Numbered from the stretch's first letter, positions 1-13,845 are shown. The stretch: DNA of 64,000 nt from Octopus bimaculoides (GCF_001194135.2 NC_068984.1:115514074-115578073); one strand, 5' to 3'. A program made the numbers and translations. Notes: a model not told the origin generated them from the letters alone.

Positions 1-417
1 CTGCAATTTAAAATACAAAGTGATTTTCGAGGAACCAGATCCTATTGTCTGCTCCCTTTTATATATATATATATATATATAAAATGGGTCTATGAACATT
101 GTAATAAAGAAATTAAATTGCTGAGTTTTGTGGGGGCTTTTTCAACAGATACTCTATTCAAATAGTGTTCCATTTTTACCTATCCCTCAAAAGAACTAAG
201 TATATCGAATTAAATCAAATAAAGCGGAGTTGGTTAAACAATATCATATGCGTGTATATGAGCGCATATGATGAGCATTTTACCAAACCACACACATATA
301 AGCCGATGACGGCTGGCAAGCTAAAACCTCGAAGTCACTGTCAACCTTCGCTTAATAAAAAATAAATATATACTCTACTATAAAGTACTGAATGACCATT
401 CAATATAATGTTAAATT

Positions 418-453
<36 letters not shown>

Positions 454-2567
454 CTTCACATAAAAGCAAACAATACACATATGCATATATTACATATATT
501 ATATATACATACACACGTTACTGCAGCAGAAAAAATATCTTTTTAAACAAATAATTTCTTTCTGGTTAGAAAATTAAGAGGTACAGTATAGTACTGGACA
601 AAACTGTTTGGTTATTACAAACCTAGGTGAAAAAGATGTCTAATTTTAGAGCCATGAAACATCACACAGCTGAGGATATACACATACATATATACAAATA
701 AATGAATATATATTCTTGTTTAAAGTTGTAGTGTACCTCTTTCACAGTCGGCACAAGCGTTAAATACAGTAATAATTTAGTAATTTATAAAAATCTGAAC
801 TAATGTTAATTTTCTGCAATCGACATTACAACCAGATCCAAGTTAATTTCAAACTATATACTCTCAAAAACAAAAACCGACATTTTCAAACTTGATCCAA
901 TCATTTTACCAACACAGATCCAAATAATCTAGACTCTACACACATAAACAGGCCTATATATATATATATATATATACATACCTGTACGTATATATGCATA
1001 TACTCATTTACTTTTGTTTATATATATATATATATATATATATATCCTAAATGAAACATCCTACATATGTATTCGAGCTAGTACCCGTTAAAATGCATAC
1101 ATTATTAAATAATAATTGATATTTATAAAAAGGATCCCGATATCTTTGAATACAATCTGTATTTCTCCAAAAGTNNNNNNNNNNNNNNNNNNNNNNNNNN
1201 NNNNNNNNNNNNNNNNNNNNNNNNNNNNNNNNNNNNNNNNNNNNNNNNNNNNNNNNNNNNNNNNNNNNNNNNNNNNNNNNNNNNNNNNNNNNNNNNNNNN
1301 NNNNNNNNNNNNNNNNNNNNNNNNNNNNNNNNNNNNNNNNNNNNNNNNNNNNNNNNNNNNNNNNNNNNNNNNNNNNNNNNNNNNNNNNNNNNNNNNNNNN
1401 NNNNNNNNNNNNNNNNNNNNNNNNNNNNNNNNNNNNNNNNNNNNNNNNNNNNNNNNNNNNNNNNNNNNNNNNNNNNNNNNNNNNNNNNNNNNNNNNNNNN
1501 NNNNNNNNNNNNNNNNNNNNNNNNNNNNNNNNNNNNNNNNNNNNNNNNNNNNNNNNNNNNNNNNNNNNNNNNNNNNNNNNNNNNNNNNNNNNNNNNNNNN
1601 NNNNNNNNNNNNNNNNNNNNNNNNNNNNNNNNNNNNNNNNNNNNNNNNNNNNNNNNNNNNNNNNNNNNNNNNNNNNNNNNNNNNNNNNNNNNNNNNNNNN
1701 NNNNNNNNNNNNNNNNNNNNNNNNNNNNNNNNNNNNNNNNNNNNNNNNNNNNNNNNNNNNNNNNNNNNNNNNNNNNNNNNNNTATATCTTAATATGTATA
1801 ATGCATATATGTGTGCTTATGCGTGTATATATAAACATAGTTTATATAAGTTTGCATGTAAAATATATAACGCATACACAATGTAATACATATGTATGTA
1901 TATATACATATAGCTTAACCATAAATAATTCACATACTTAGATGTATGTGCATGTATATATAAAGAGACTAATTGGTACTATCTACAAGAGATGCTAAAT
2001 ATTTTAGCAACTAATGTCACAAATGGTTTCGAGTCTTTTTAGCTCTTTTTTGTGCCTCTTTCCAACTCTCGTTTGTTTATTTGGGGGCTGTTTTATTTTT
2101 CCTTTTCTTTACTTTTGTCTGTTCTTTTCACATGCAAACTTCGAAATAAGACCATAATAGGTGTGAAGAATCACACGAACGTTACATCTAATTACGCAGG
2201 AAGACGCCGAAACCGATTTACCAGGTACTATGCAAATAACTACTTAAACACAATTACAAAAAAAAAAAAATAGTATTATTATATTTAATCAGTGTTGACT
2301 CTAAATCGCAATGTATAGAAGCCGGTTATGAACAGATCGGGTTTGTAGTTTGAGATATTTAAGTACGGAGGTACCTTACTAAGTTAGTTGCCAGGCATGT
2401 GACAACTTAATGACTTTATCATTTTCACATCGATAAGGTCGTGATGGACTAAAAAAATAATCAAACCAATACAAATATATATTAAGATCAAACCCGATTT
2501 CATCGATATTCGAAACAAAAGTAAAAAAAAATACCAAAACAATAAATGTAATAATAAAGCTGCTTAC

Positions 2568-2699
2568 CTCAAGTACAAAGTAGGTGCGAATCCTACGATA
2601 AGATTCCCACGCCTCCTCCTGGCTATTTCTGTCCATGTTAAGATCTCGACATAAATTGGAGAATCTTTGCTCCACATCTTCATCTCCGGACAGACCCAT
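2568..2699 (-). CDS. RBL1: Retinoblastoma-like pocket protein (p107/p130 family), first coding exon; gene continues beyond the left edge
   Basis: ATG at 2699; 44 codons MGLSGDEDVEQRFSNLCRDLNMDRNSQEEAWESYRRIRTYFVLE, then a phase-0 GTAAG donor at 2567. Matches the RBL1/RBL2 N-terminus (LCxxLNxD...A...Y..I...Y.LE), with the intron after LE as recalled for vertebrate RBL1. A pyrimidine-rich acceptor (CTTTGTATTTTAAATTGCAG) occupies positions 20-1, so exon 2 probably starts just outside the window. RBL1 versus RBL2 cannot be resolved from 44 aa. Confidence 0.88.
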
Positions 2700-3598
2700 T
2701 TTGAGCAGGTTTACTAGTGGTGCACTAGAAAGGACTAGTGGAACACTACACTAGTAGTAAGACGCCTGACAAACTTGGTGCTTCGGTTGAATACCGGTAT
2801 GTCTGTCTGTCTGGTTGTGTGTGTGTGTGTGTGTGTGTGTCTCTCTCTCTCTCTCTTTCTCGTAGTAATATTATATAGTAACCGTGAAGGTAAGAGAGAT
2901 TAATTATCTCCAGGGCTTGCCTCACCTTCGATTAAGAAGAGAGTAGTAGTTGTAGTAATGGTAATAGTAAGAGTAGACATTCAGCAACGTGGTAGAAGCG
3001 AAACTGTTGTGAGAGTATCTGTATGGAAGGAAGGGAGATCGCGGTGGCAGCAGTCACCTCTGTCTGGTGATGGTGGTGATGGAGTGAATTCTATAGTATG
3101 TGATAGGCGACGGCAACGAAGTGGTAAACGAGGAAAGGCGGCGTTGACAACAAGCGATGATGATAATGATGTGGTGCTTGTAAATCTAAGTTCGAAACAG
3201 AAGACAGAAGTTAGCATGATGCCATTACTACATAATTGTCTACTAATAAACTTCACAAAAGAAAAAAAAAATTAAATTTAAAAATCAATGTAGAAATTAG
3301 AAAGCTTACTACCAGCCTAGCCTATTAGCCGACGTTGAAAATTTTTTACCGGAGCAGCATCGATGAAAAGTTTATCCTTTTCCTTTTTTTCTTCTTCTTT
3401 TCCTGAACGACCAGAATTTTAGTCAGGTTTTCAGGTGGTAATACCAAAGACATTGATGTTGGTATCTCCACAATTCCATAAATACAAATCCAGGTACTCA
3501 CTATAAGTAACGAAGGGAGGAAGTAAAAGCGACGACTTAATCCAGGTCAGTTTCTAAGTTGTTACGATGACAGCAAAGAATCTGCTAAGTCGACGAAG

Positions 3599-3608
3599 TG
3601 GCGGGAAA
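3599..3608 (-). promoter_or_regulatory. Canonical E2F site TTTCCCGCCA in the CpG-retaining region upstream of the RBL gene
   Basis: Plus strand TGGCGGGAAA fits the TTTSSCGC consensus on the minus strand. It lies ~100 nt upstream of a GTGAGT donor at 3501 (candidate non-coding exon) and ~900 nt upstream of the ATG. Confidence 0.55.
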
Positions 3609-3954
3609 TTAATAATGAACAAAAAAATAACTAAACTAAAAGAAAACTAAGACATAAAAAAAAACTTTCTACCAGCATGTGGAGAGTAACTAGTCGGAAC
3701 TATTGGAGTAGGAGGATGAGGAATAGTGAGAGGTAAGAGAAGTAAAGGAACTTTGCTATGAGGTGATGTTTTTAGTGGTTTATAACAGCTGATTGGTTGA
3801 CTAATGTTATAAAGTATGGGGAGGAGGACCAACCAACAAGGGTAGCCACGACGCGGTCGCTTCATATGCTAGAAAGAGAAACTAAATATAAATTATAATC
3901 TACTGTTTTAAACAGAAAAAGACATTAAATAATGTCTAAAATACTGCGCAGACG

Positions 3955-4295
3955 TTCCATGTGTGGCAAGAAGTTTGCTTCTTAACTTCATAGATTCTGG
4001 GTTCCGTCCCACTGTGTAGCACCATGGGCCTTAGGACCGTCGTTTATATATATATGTGTGTGTATGTGCATGTGCGTGTATGTTTGTGTTTGCCCCTCTC
4101 TACCACAAGACAACCGGTGTTGGTTTGTTTATGCCCCCGCCACTTAGCGGTTCGGCAGAAAAAAAAACGATAAAATAAGTAGCAGGCTTAGGGGAAAAAA
4201 AAAGTACTGGAGTCGATTTATTTGACTAAACCAGTCAATGCGGTGCTCCAGTATGGCCGCAGTCCAATGTCTGAAACAAGTAAAAAATGAAAGAT
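3955..4295 (+). mobile_element. SINE family A copy (tRNA-like head, central microsatellite, conserved 3' half)
   Basis: Colinear with the copies at 14565-14978 and 46665-47040 (head ...gggttc.gtcccactg.gtggcacc...; tail ...ccagcatggccgcagtc.aatgactgaaacaagtaaa). Confidence 0.75.
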
Positions 4296-4729
4296 AAATA
4301 AATCTGAATTAAACACAAAATGGGATGGTTGCAGTTGGAGTGCTTAAGATAATAAATTTACTTGTTCAGGGCTGATCTTGGACTGAACAAGTATATGAGG
4401 TGTCAACTCAAAGCAGCTTTGCTGCAATGCAGTGCAGTGTAAATAAATAGGTTAGTCAAAAAATTATGTTAAGGTTTTGCAAAAGGAAATTTAGAAAGGA
4501 ATAATGGATTTACTATATTCCTTAAGTTTGCACATTAAAAAAATGGGTTGCAATTTTTAAAAGGAGGTGGAGATATTTTCATGTGACCTTGGTAGAAAAA
4601 AATACTTTTAACAAAAAATAGTTCTAAAGAAAATTTTGGAAGTTAGTTGTTGATTACCAATGTATGTAAAGTAGGTTATGCATGCACCACATTCGGAATC
4701 AGAGCAAAAGAAGACGTTTCTACGTAGTC

Positions 4730-5550
4730 GTTAGATCTGCTAGATTTGGCAGTTAAAAGTTCCTAAAATTACACACTATCGTTTTAGAAAGAGAAGGACA
4801 CGTTAGATAATGCAGTTTTAGATATACAAAAACAGGGTGGTTATGGCAGGAACGCCTCTGATCATAAGTTTTCCCAATCATGGCCAACTAGGATGGGGTT
4901 AAATAGCATTAATACAGACACCAGTAAGCTACATACACAGACGTTCTACCTGCTAGAAATAGCAGCCACATTTCCCTCAGAATACACTTTATTTTGTTTA
5001 AAAAAAAAAAAAGACTCAAAAAATCTATCTTGGGCGGGGCTGCGGGAGACATATGGTCACGTCTGAAACGTCTTTTATTGTAGATTTGATCATTCAGAGC
5101 TGTTGTGGGTTAAACAACTACGATAAACACGTTAATTCTCGGGTCAAACTAATGTAGGGGCCTCTCATACGCATTCATTCGTTCAACCTGCTATAAATAG
5201 CATCCAGATTATCCTTAAAGGTGACATTGGATAACGTAGTCCGAGATTATCTTAGGTACACTATAACTGGATTTAAAAGGAGTAGTCACATCTGGGACGC
5301 CTTTAATTATAGGTCTGCTCAATCTGAGCTCACAAGACTGTTGCAGACACGAACCAACGAAAGAGCCTCTACGCAAGTCACTCGACATGCTAGAAATGGC
5401 AGTTAATTTCCGTTAAGTTTCACCCTACAGTCTTAGAGAAAGGACACAATAGATAATGTAATCTTAGATACACTTATGTCTGTGGAAAAAGACGTGATGG
5501 TAACGGCTGCAACGGATTAACAGGGCTAACTTAGGGTTAAACAATAACAT
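4730..5550. repeat. Four degenerate tandem copies (~210 bp period) of a dispersed repeat (family D)
   Basis: Recurrent ctgctagaaatagcagc...aaaggacac..tagataatg...ggttaaacaa motifs near 4735, 4950, 5185 and 5385. Single copies occur at ~11460-11600 and ~20270-20460. Confidence 0.6.
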
Positions 5551-7319
5551 TTACTGTAGACAAATCTTTATTTCATCAGCGTTTTGTAGTATATTTATTT
5601 ATACTAATTACAGATGCTATTTTAATTAAATAATTAATATGCATAGAATTTTAATGGGAGAGCTAGAACCGACGGATATATAACTCGTTAAAATATAAAT
5701 ATATGAGTATTACAAAACTAAATTTTTGTTTAGTTGTTGTTCGGAAGGTTGGGACTCTTCTTATTTTTGTTTCTCGTTTTAGCCTTGCTGTTGACTCTTA
5801 GATCAACTTTAAAAACAGACAGACCCACAATGAATAATATTCCGTAACTTTTTATACTCAGTAATATTTAATATGCTAACTCTTCTCTTTTATAAGACAA
5901 TTAAGCTGTGATTTTGCGGGAGATTTGTTCACTCATATATAGCAGCAGATCGAGTCCACTATGTAGGGTTCTCTCCATGTCTCGGTACTTAATATGTTTA
6001 CGGAAGCAGTTGATGCAGTCAACGGGAAAGACATAACCACGTGCAGACACAATATTGACTGTCATGTTAGAGCAAGTACGAATGGGAATCAAATTCGATT
6101 ATTATTGTTATTATTATTATTTATGTAAATCCCCACACAAACTGTTGTCTGTTTTTGTGATGTTCCCCTCATTTGTGCTTCTGTGGCTAATAAAAGAAAT
6201 GACTACTATTATTATTATTTATTTTATTGTATTTTATTTAAGGGGCGGGTAGTTGTGATGGTTTAATCTATAGCAAATCGAAAATTGTCTCACAAAATCA
6301 TGTAAAGTTTTTAATTGGTGTAAAACATGCATGTGTACACATACGTAAATGGTCATGTGTCCTCTACTACGATCCCTGCCTCAGCATGGGCGCCGTCCAA
6401 CGACTAAAACAAGCAAAAGAACGTGTGTGTGTGTGTTTATGTATGTATGTTTCAGCTGCTCTTAATTATTTAAATTCTTCCTCTGAGGAAGGAGCTCGAT
6501 TCTAACAAATATGCAAAGTTCCATCGTTGGAATGTAAATAACAAGAACAATATCACATTTTAAACTTGAGACAAGTCTTGTGTATTTTTACTGTTGCGAG
6601 TTAGTTGGTTGATTTCTTTTTCTGAAAACACTAGCTTATCCAGATTGTCACTTTGGCATTTACTCACAATTATTATTAGTAAAAATGTGAATTTACAATC
6701 TGTCTGTCTGTGTGGATGGATGGACGGACGGACGGACGGATGGATGGATCTCTACTGGCAACATGAAATCTAGTACTTAGAGACGACTAAACCGGCACCT
6801 ACACCTGACTAGCCTGGTGAGGAGGGTTGCTAGAAACCCTGCAGGCCTAAAAACAAACCTGTTAAAGGGGACAGTTGAACCCACTGTAGGTTCGACTACC
6901 ATCTAGCGATAGCATAGGCACTCAGAAATGTCGGTTTGGTTTCCGCTGGGAATGAGGCACCCATCAGTTTTTGTTAAAGCATGTCTTTAGGAGGTTACTC
7001 TAAAATAATACTGGATATGCAGAGAATGGCATTGGACATCTTGCGGATTTTTTGCTTGCGCTTGAAATCATACCGCTCCCAAATTCCTGAGCTTGCAACC
7101 CATATTGGCACTGGATGTCTTGCCCTGGCTCGTCCCTGGATCATGTCGATATGGTAGAGAGGGGCTGTGAGGTCGTACAAGCCCTTTGGGACCTAAAATT
7201 TTGCATTGACATTGTTGATATTTTGCACGTCATTGCCTTGTAAGTGATGATTGTACTTGTCTGACGATTCAACAGCTATCATATATACAAACGTGTGTGT
7301 AATATATGTATGTATACGT

Positions 7320-7490
7320 AAGGCGGCCGAGCTGACAGGATCGTTAAGCATGCCAGGCAAAAATGCTTAGCGGCATTTCGTCCGTCTTTACGTTCTGAGT
7401 TCAAATTCTGCCAAGTCGACTTTCGGACTCGATGTAATCGACTTACTCCCATCCTTCGAAATTGCTGGTCTTGTACTAAAATTGGAAACC
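7320..7490 (+). mobile_element. SINE-like family B copy
   Basis: taaggcgg..agctg.cag.atcgttag...gttctgagttcaaatt...gtcgacttt...gaaattgctgg.cttgt..caaaatt.gaaacc; at least 15 related copies are visible in the window. Confidence 0.75.
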
Positions 7491-7528
7491 AATATACGTA
7501 TGTATACGTACATATATTTGTGTGCATG

Positions 7529-7619
<91 letters not shown>

Positions 7620-8334
7620 ATACATGTACGTATATATGCATATACTCATTATTTATTTATATATATATATAATGCGCGCACATAGAATAGACACACAAAC
7701 ATACATGAACAATGAAACACACATACATACAAACTACTGTACTATGGTGTACTAGAGAGACGTGCACTCGTTATTACATGACGGCAACGTAGAAAATGGA
7801 TTTTCGTCGGTTTTGATGAAGATCGTTCAGTTCGATAAATTGCACTGCATGTCCATTGAATTAGCGTGTAAGTGACTGTGTATACCAAAGACACACACAT
7901 TTAGCCTTAACGAAATCGTCAGGTAGAGTCAGTGTTACACAGTGTGTGGAACAAATCCAATCGATAAGCATCCGAAAAGTTTCATGTTATTTTTGTCAAC
8001 TCAAATCGATGATCAAAAAAAAAAAACATTTTTCCAAGATGCCATGCTGTCGTATCAAACCTGAGACGTTGTTATTAAAAAATGAACTTTTTAACCATTC
8101 GTCCACAAGTATATCCACACATACGCTTAACGCCTATATACATGCACATATAAATTCGCTCGTATTTTTCACAAGTGCCTGGAATTGTGTTGACTCAAAC
8201 CAAAATTCCTTGTCGCTTTGTTTAGCAACCAGTTTGAATTCTACAAAGGAAATTAAATAAATCTCAAAGAAAAACATGTATAGAACATTGTGTGTGTGTG
8301 TGTGCGCGCGCTCATGCATGTGTGTATGCATGTA

Positions 8335-8775
8335 TCTGTTTTACTTGTTTCAACCATTTGACTACGGCCATGCTGGGGCACCACCTTGAACGGTTTAAGT
8401 CGAACAAATCGACCCCACTACTTATTTTTTAAAAATCTGGTACTTTTTCCATTGGTGTCTATTTTGCCGAAGCACTAAGATACGGAGACGTAAGTAAACC
8501 AACACCGGTTGTTTAGCGGTGGTGGGGGACAAACGCACGCGCGCGCACACATACACACAAACACACACACACATGTGTATATATATACATACATATATAT
8601 ATATATATATANNNNNNNNNNNNNNNNNNNNTATACAACGGGCTTCTTTCAGTTTCGTCTACCAAATCCGCTGACAAGGCTTTGATCGACCCGTGGGCTA
8701 TAGTGAAAGACACTTGCTCAAAGTCTCACGTAGTAGGACCAAACATGAAACCATGTGGTTGAGAATCAAGCTTCT
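8335..8775 (-). mobile_element. SINE family A copy (minus strand)
   Basis: Reverse-complement match to 14565-14978, with a central microsatellite and an N gap. Confidence 0.75.
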
Positions 8776-8846
8776 TATCACATATATATGTAATCATGCT
8801 GCTTAACCATCAAGATACTAAAAACCAGTTGTTAGAACTGAAAATA

Positions 8847-9600
8847 TAAGGGTGGGCTGAAAAATTCATTGGTCGACTATGAAGGAGTCATCTTAGAGCT
8901 GTGAAATCTTGCTAGCATTGATTTCAGCACTTCTTATCAATAACTGCATTGTTCCTATCCAGCTAATCTGACATTTGACAGTTTAAAGAAGACTTCAGAA
9001 ATAACTAATAACGACTCCTCTTGAAAATGGACGAAACTTGGCATCGTGGTGTTATCAAGTACGTGCAGTAATTTGGTTTAGCTCCCCCAACGACATTCAT
9101 GCTGACGTGCTTGCTACATTAGATGATGCTTCAGCTCAATCAACATTGCAGAAGTGGGCAGCTGAATTTAGGAGGAAAAGGGAGAGTCTTGAAGATGACG
9201 TAAAGTTTGGACATTCTGCCTCTACCGAGGAAAACATTAATCGTGCTCACCACATGGTGATGGATGACAGGCGATTGACTAACAGCCAATGCTATTAGCA
9301 TATCCTGTGAGTGAGTTGAGAATATTCTGCACAATGAACTTGGCATTACGAAGGTTTCTGCTCTGAAAGTGCCATGTCTAATGAAACCTGATCAAAAGCG
9401 CACCCGATGATCACATCACGGGAAAGTCTGGCATTGTTTGAGGCATATCCAGCTGGTTTCCTTGAACGTTTCCTAACCCAGGATAAGTGTTGAGTTCACC
9501 ACTTTGAGCCAGACACAAAGAGACAACCCATGCAGTGGAAACACCCCTCCTCACTTTCTCCCAAAAATGTCAAAATCGTTTCATCTGCAGGAAAGATGAC
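8847..9600 (+). mobile_element. Decayed, 3'-truncated mariner element
   Basis: TIR-like start taagggtgggctgaaaaattcat. Broken frames read KWAAEFRRKRESLEDD (HTH region) and FLTQDKC*VHHFEPDTKRQPMQWKHPSSLSPKNVKIVSSAGK (first catalytic-D region). Homology stops at 9600. Confidence 0.85.
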
Positions 9601-9863
9601 AGCCAAAGCATATAAAAAATCTGAAAATTCAGAAAAATTGTATTACATGTGTATAAGAAGGAATGACCAATTTTTCATTTTGTCTTGCCCGCTTATGTTA
9701 TGGTGTTTTGCGAAATTTTTTTCTAGTAAACATTATCTTTTCTTTGTGGCTGAGTCGTTGATGACCTCTGTCTAGTATATCGGATGTCCACTTAGTGGTC
9801 ATCCCTTCTTATACATATGCAATACAATTTTTCTGAATTTTCAGATTTTTTATATGCTAGGCC
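9601..9863. mobile_element. MITE-like element with ~68-bp terminal inverted repeats
   Basis: 9602-9669 is the near-exact reverse complement of 9796-9863. The interior is repeated at 10208-10332 and, more diverged, at 10483-10690. No TSD was found. Confidence 0.65.
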
Positions 9864-10743
9864 ACTTGGTTTTAAATTGAATTAATATTCAATTTATCAC
9901 CCTCTATATATAAATAATAATTTAAATAATTATGTTCTCCAGCCGGCAACATAAACTGCAGAGAATAATTCACTGCAGAATTGTTTCCGGAATTTGGTGC
10001 GCCAGAGCTGAGACATTTTGAAAAATAACCCCAATGTAATCGGTAGAACTGTACGCAAGTCTTATTTCATGAAGACAATTCGTGTATAGTTCTGCAAATT
10101 ATATTGATTCTAGAACGATTGTGCTGATGAAAACACGGATGTTGTTACGTAAGTAAAATGTTAATGTCAAAACCGGTACACAATTAATTCTTTATTCTGT
10201 ATATTTCTCATTTTGTCTTGCCCGCTTATGTTCTGGTGTTTTGCGAAATTTTTTTCTGGAGAACATTATTTTTTCTTTGTGGTTGGGTCGTTGATGACCT
10301 CTTTCTAGCATATCGGATGTCCACTTAGTGGTCATCCCTTCTTATACATACATATATATNNNNNNNNNNNNNNNNNNNNNNNNNNNNNNNNNNNNNNNNN
10401 NNNNNNNNNNNNNNNNNNNNNNNNNNNNNNNNNNNNNNNNNNNNNNNNNNNNNNNNNNNNNNNNNTTTAGGTGATTTTAAATGTCTTGCCCGCTCACGTT
10501 TTTGGTATGCTGCTATATTTCATGTTGAGAACTTTTTAGGTCTTAATAGACACAAGATGTGATCTATTTCTAGCGCATTAATTGTCCACGTTAGTGGTCG
10601 ACGTTATTTTTTAAAATGTACCTTAATCCCCTGAGATTGCAGATAATATTTCTGAATCTCTTTGATTCTTTAAATGTGCTGGCCCCCTGATAATTAATCG
10701 ATATTAATTAATATATTAATATATGACTAATTACCAGATCTTA

Positions 10744-10775
<32 letters not shown>

Positions 10776-11169
10776 AAGAATGATAGTTGAGGTGTGTTCT
10801 GTTAAGAACGTATAAGAGGAGTACAAATAGAGATCGTTCACTCTTAGAATTCCCAAATAGCCGGTAGTATTTTAGTCTTAGGTATTCCTTGTGTTAGTTT
10901 CAAAGAAGAAGCCATGGATGTTGTAGCATGGAAATCTAGATTTACTTACGGAGACAGCAACTGAGTATCGCCTGAGGAGATACATATAGATCTTCTTATA
11001 CAGGTAAATCGTTACATAATTTAATTTGAATTTAACTTTAAATCCTGTATATATGAGGATCTGTATGTATCGAAACATTTGTAGCGATTAAAAAGCTGCC
11101 TAACCGTACTTACTCTTCCCTTTGACTCGTTTACTTTTTACATAAAGAATAATATATATTCTTTTATGC

Positions 11170-11200
<31 letters not shown>

Positions 11201-13664
11201 ATCTACATATGTAATACGTACACAGATATACATATAGTATGCATATACATACATGTGTGTATGTGTAAATATAAAATAAATACATATATGAATGTATATG
11301 TTTATTTCGTCAGAAGTTACAGAGTGATAATGGACAAATTCGTGTTTGATAAGTGTCAATACACGAAACTCAGCTTTTGGCTTACTCTCTAACTTCTGCC
11401 GATGATATATATACATATTACATATATTTGCAAAAATATCTCATCACACAATCGAAGCAATGAAAGAGCCTCTACCTCGTCGCTCAACACGCTAAAAATA
11501 GCAGCCTAAGTATCCCCCTACCTAAATAACACGGCCATTGCTGAAGGCTGGAATGTCTTTGATGATAGGTTTGCAGTATCAGGGTTGATTTGAGGCTAAA
11601 TAACATTATGGTCAATTTCTATATTAACACCCGCACGATTTTCTCTAAGAATTTTTTTTAATGATTTTTTTTTTTTTTTTTTTTTGCGTGGAATCAAGCA
11701 CCCTGACCTAATAGGCTGCAAATCCCTTATTTTGGTTCGGAAAAAATGAGGGGCTCCCCGCCCTCAATTCCGGAATCATCTTTTCGTTGCATGAATTCCT
11801 GTGAACTCCTAATATTGCAAAATTAGGTTATTTAAGGTGAGCCTGGTAACTGATGGTTTTGAGGTCTTGTTTGTAACTTTTGATTAGCCATGGTACAACT
11901 AACAACATGGTAAAAATCCCTGCCATTAATTTGGTGTGGATGGGTAATATCAAATAATTCAATCACAACATATATCTAAATTAAATATGAAAAAAATTGA
12001 ATTATCATCATCACTTACATGAAAATATTGAAATATTATCTTTCAGTATTTTATAAGGTAAAATACTAAATTATTAATGGACACATTATAATTTATCTTA
12101 TAACAGCAATGCCTGGAAAAATCACGGATTACATGGAAAAATGCAAGCATGAAAAGTAATATTCTTAAGATTATAAACCTGGAAAAGTACAGGACAAGTT
12201 ATTACACCTGTAAAAGTATAGGACAAGCTATTACTTCTAGTAATGTAAAGAATAAGAAACTTGTTACTTAAAATGAATAAAAGGTAAAGTCGACCTCGGA
12301 GGAATTTGAACTCAGAACGTAAAGACGAACGAAATGCCAATAAGCAGTTGGCCCGGCGTGCTAATGATTCTACCAGCTCACCACTTTAAAGTTTCTTTTA
12401 TAATACTAAGTATAACGTTTGGGATAATCACAGATAAAACTGGAATATACAAAATAATATGTGTGGCTGTAATGTGATGCATCTGGTGCCAAGGTTGAGA
12501 TGTTTAGGGGTGCATCAGTCCCAAAGTGGTCTTACAGTGCACTCATTGACTTATTTGGTGTATTGGTGTGTTTTAGTATGGCCTCGTTTATTATTGTTAG
12601 ATTGTCGTTCACCTTATGCTGAATTTATCTGTCCTTTTGACAGTTTGTTTTTGTCCTGTTATATAGCAACTGTCTTTGCTAGCAACTGTCTTTGCTAGAC
12701 AAGCCTGGTAAGGCGTGTCAATTTAGACACTGACGATCTAAGCATGTAACAGATGTACTGGGTTAAAAATTTCCAGTAACATTTAGAGTGGCCTAACATA
12801 ACATATAATGATATACATTTGCACCTGTATAGTTTCCGTGAAGTTCATAAACATATAATCCCGTTTAAATTTTTCTACATTCTAAGTTGAAACTCTACCT
12901 GAGGCAACTTTGCCTTCCATTCTCTCTTAAATCGACAATTTCCGTCTTTATCCCAGTGGAAGAGACTAAATTTATCCCATATATTTAGCATTTTTATCTA
13001 GTATCTACTTCAATCCTTCTAACACCCAAGATCGTCACTACAGATCTTCCAGTGTTGGTGCAGTCGATATGGATACTTTTCAATTTGTATTTCTGCTGGT
13101 CGATAGGAAAATATATTCATGAATTACAATTCTAAATATGAAGGACTTTGAAATACATCAAGAACTGAGTTCGGCTATTGGTCTCTATCATCAGCAGAAG
13201 ATCACATATTTTGTACGATAGTATGAACGCATTGCTAACTCTAGCTTTACTATTAGCATCGCTGTACATAACTTTCATGACACTTACAAGTCATTCTTCT
13301 ATCCCTAATTTCTTTCATGACCAACAGAATCAACGGAAAATCTAACCAAGATTTAATCCACTAATCTATCGAGTTCTCGGCATTTATTAATCTTGGAAAT
13401 GTTTTCCTATGTATCTTCTGATCTTTCTTAACCCATAGAAAAGTTCACCTCGGTCTTTCGTAGCTTCTGTCTCCTAATGCATTCCCTTAACTTAAATATA
13501 TAAGGAGGCAAAGAAGCAGAAAATATTATATTCTTGTCTCTGCTGATGGACCAACTAACTCACCATCGTCTTAATACTGACTGTTTTTTGTTTTTTTATT
13601 CATGCCCGAAATTTTCAGAGTATGGCCACCGGAATCAATTACATTATATTACTGGTACAAGGCG

Positions 13665-13845
13665 ACAGGCTGGCAGAACGCAGGGCAAAATACTTAGAAG
13701 CATTCCGTCCGTCTTTACATTCTGAGTACAAATCTCGCTGTGGTCGACTTTGCCTTTCCTCCTTTCGGGGTCGATAAAATAAGTACCAGCCGACTTACTC
13801 CATTCCCCGAACTTGCTGACCTTGTGCCAAAATTTGAAACCATTA
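13665..13845 (+). mobile_element. SINE-like family B copy
   Basis: Colinear with 7320-7490. Confidence 0.75.

Noticed and set aside
1047-1886. Long ORFs spanning N runs (also 27958-29448, 37581-39402, 50690-51172, 60192-60611, 62147-63058)
   Set aside because: Their length comes from assembly gaps translated as X.
2958-3275. ORFs on both strands upstream of RBL suggesting a divergent gene
   Set aside because: No recognisable domain or consistent splice chain; they are explained by the higher GC of the promoter region.
6770-7270. GC-richer island with a 61-aa minus-strand ORF
   Set aside because: Probably a retroelement fragment, but no motif could be recognised to support a call.
7279-7755. 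ORFs of alternating residues (YIYI, CVCV, THTH), also at 27909-28321, 36371-36680 and 41271-41826
   Set aside because: Translations of di-, tri- and tetranucleotide microsatellites.
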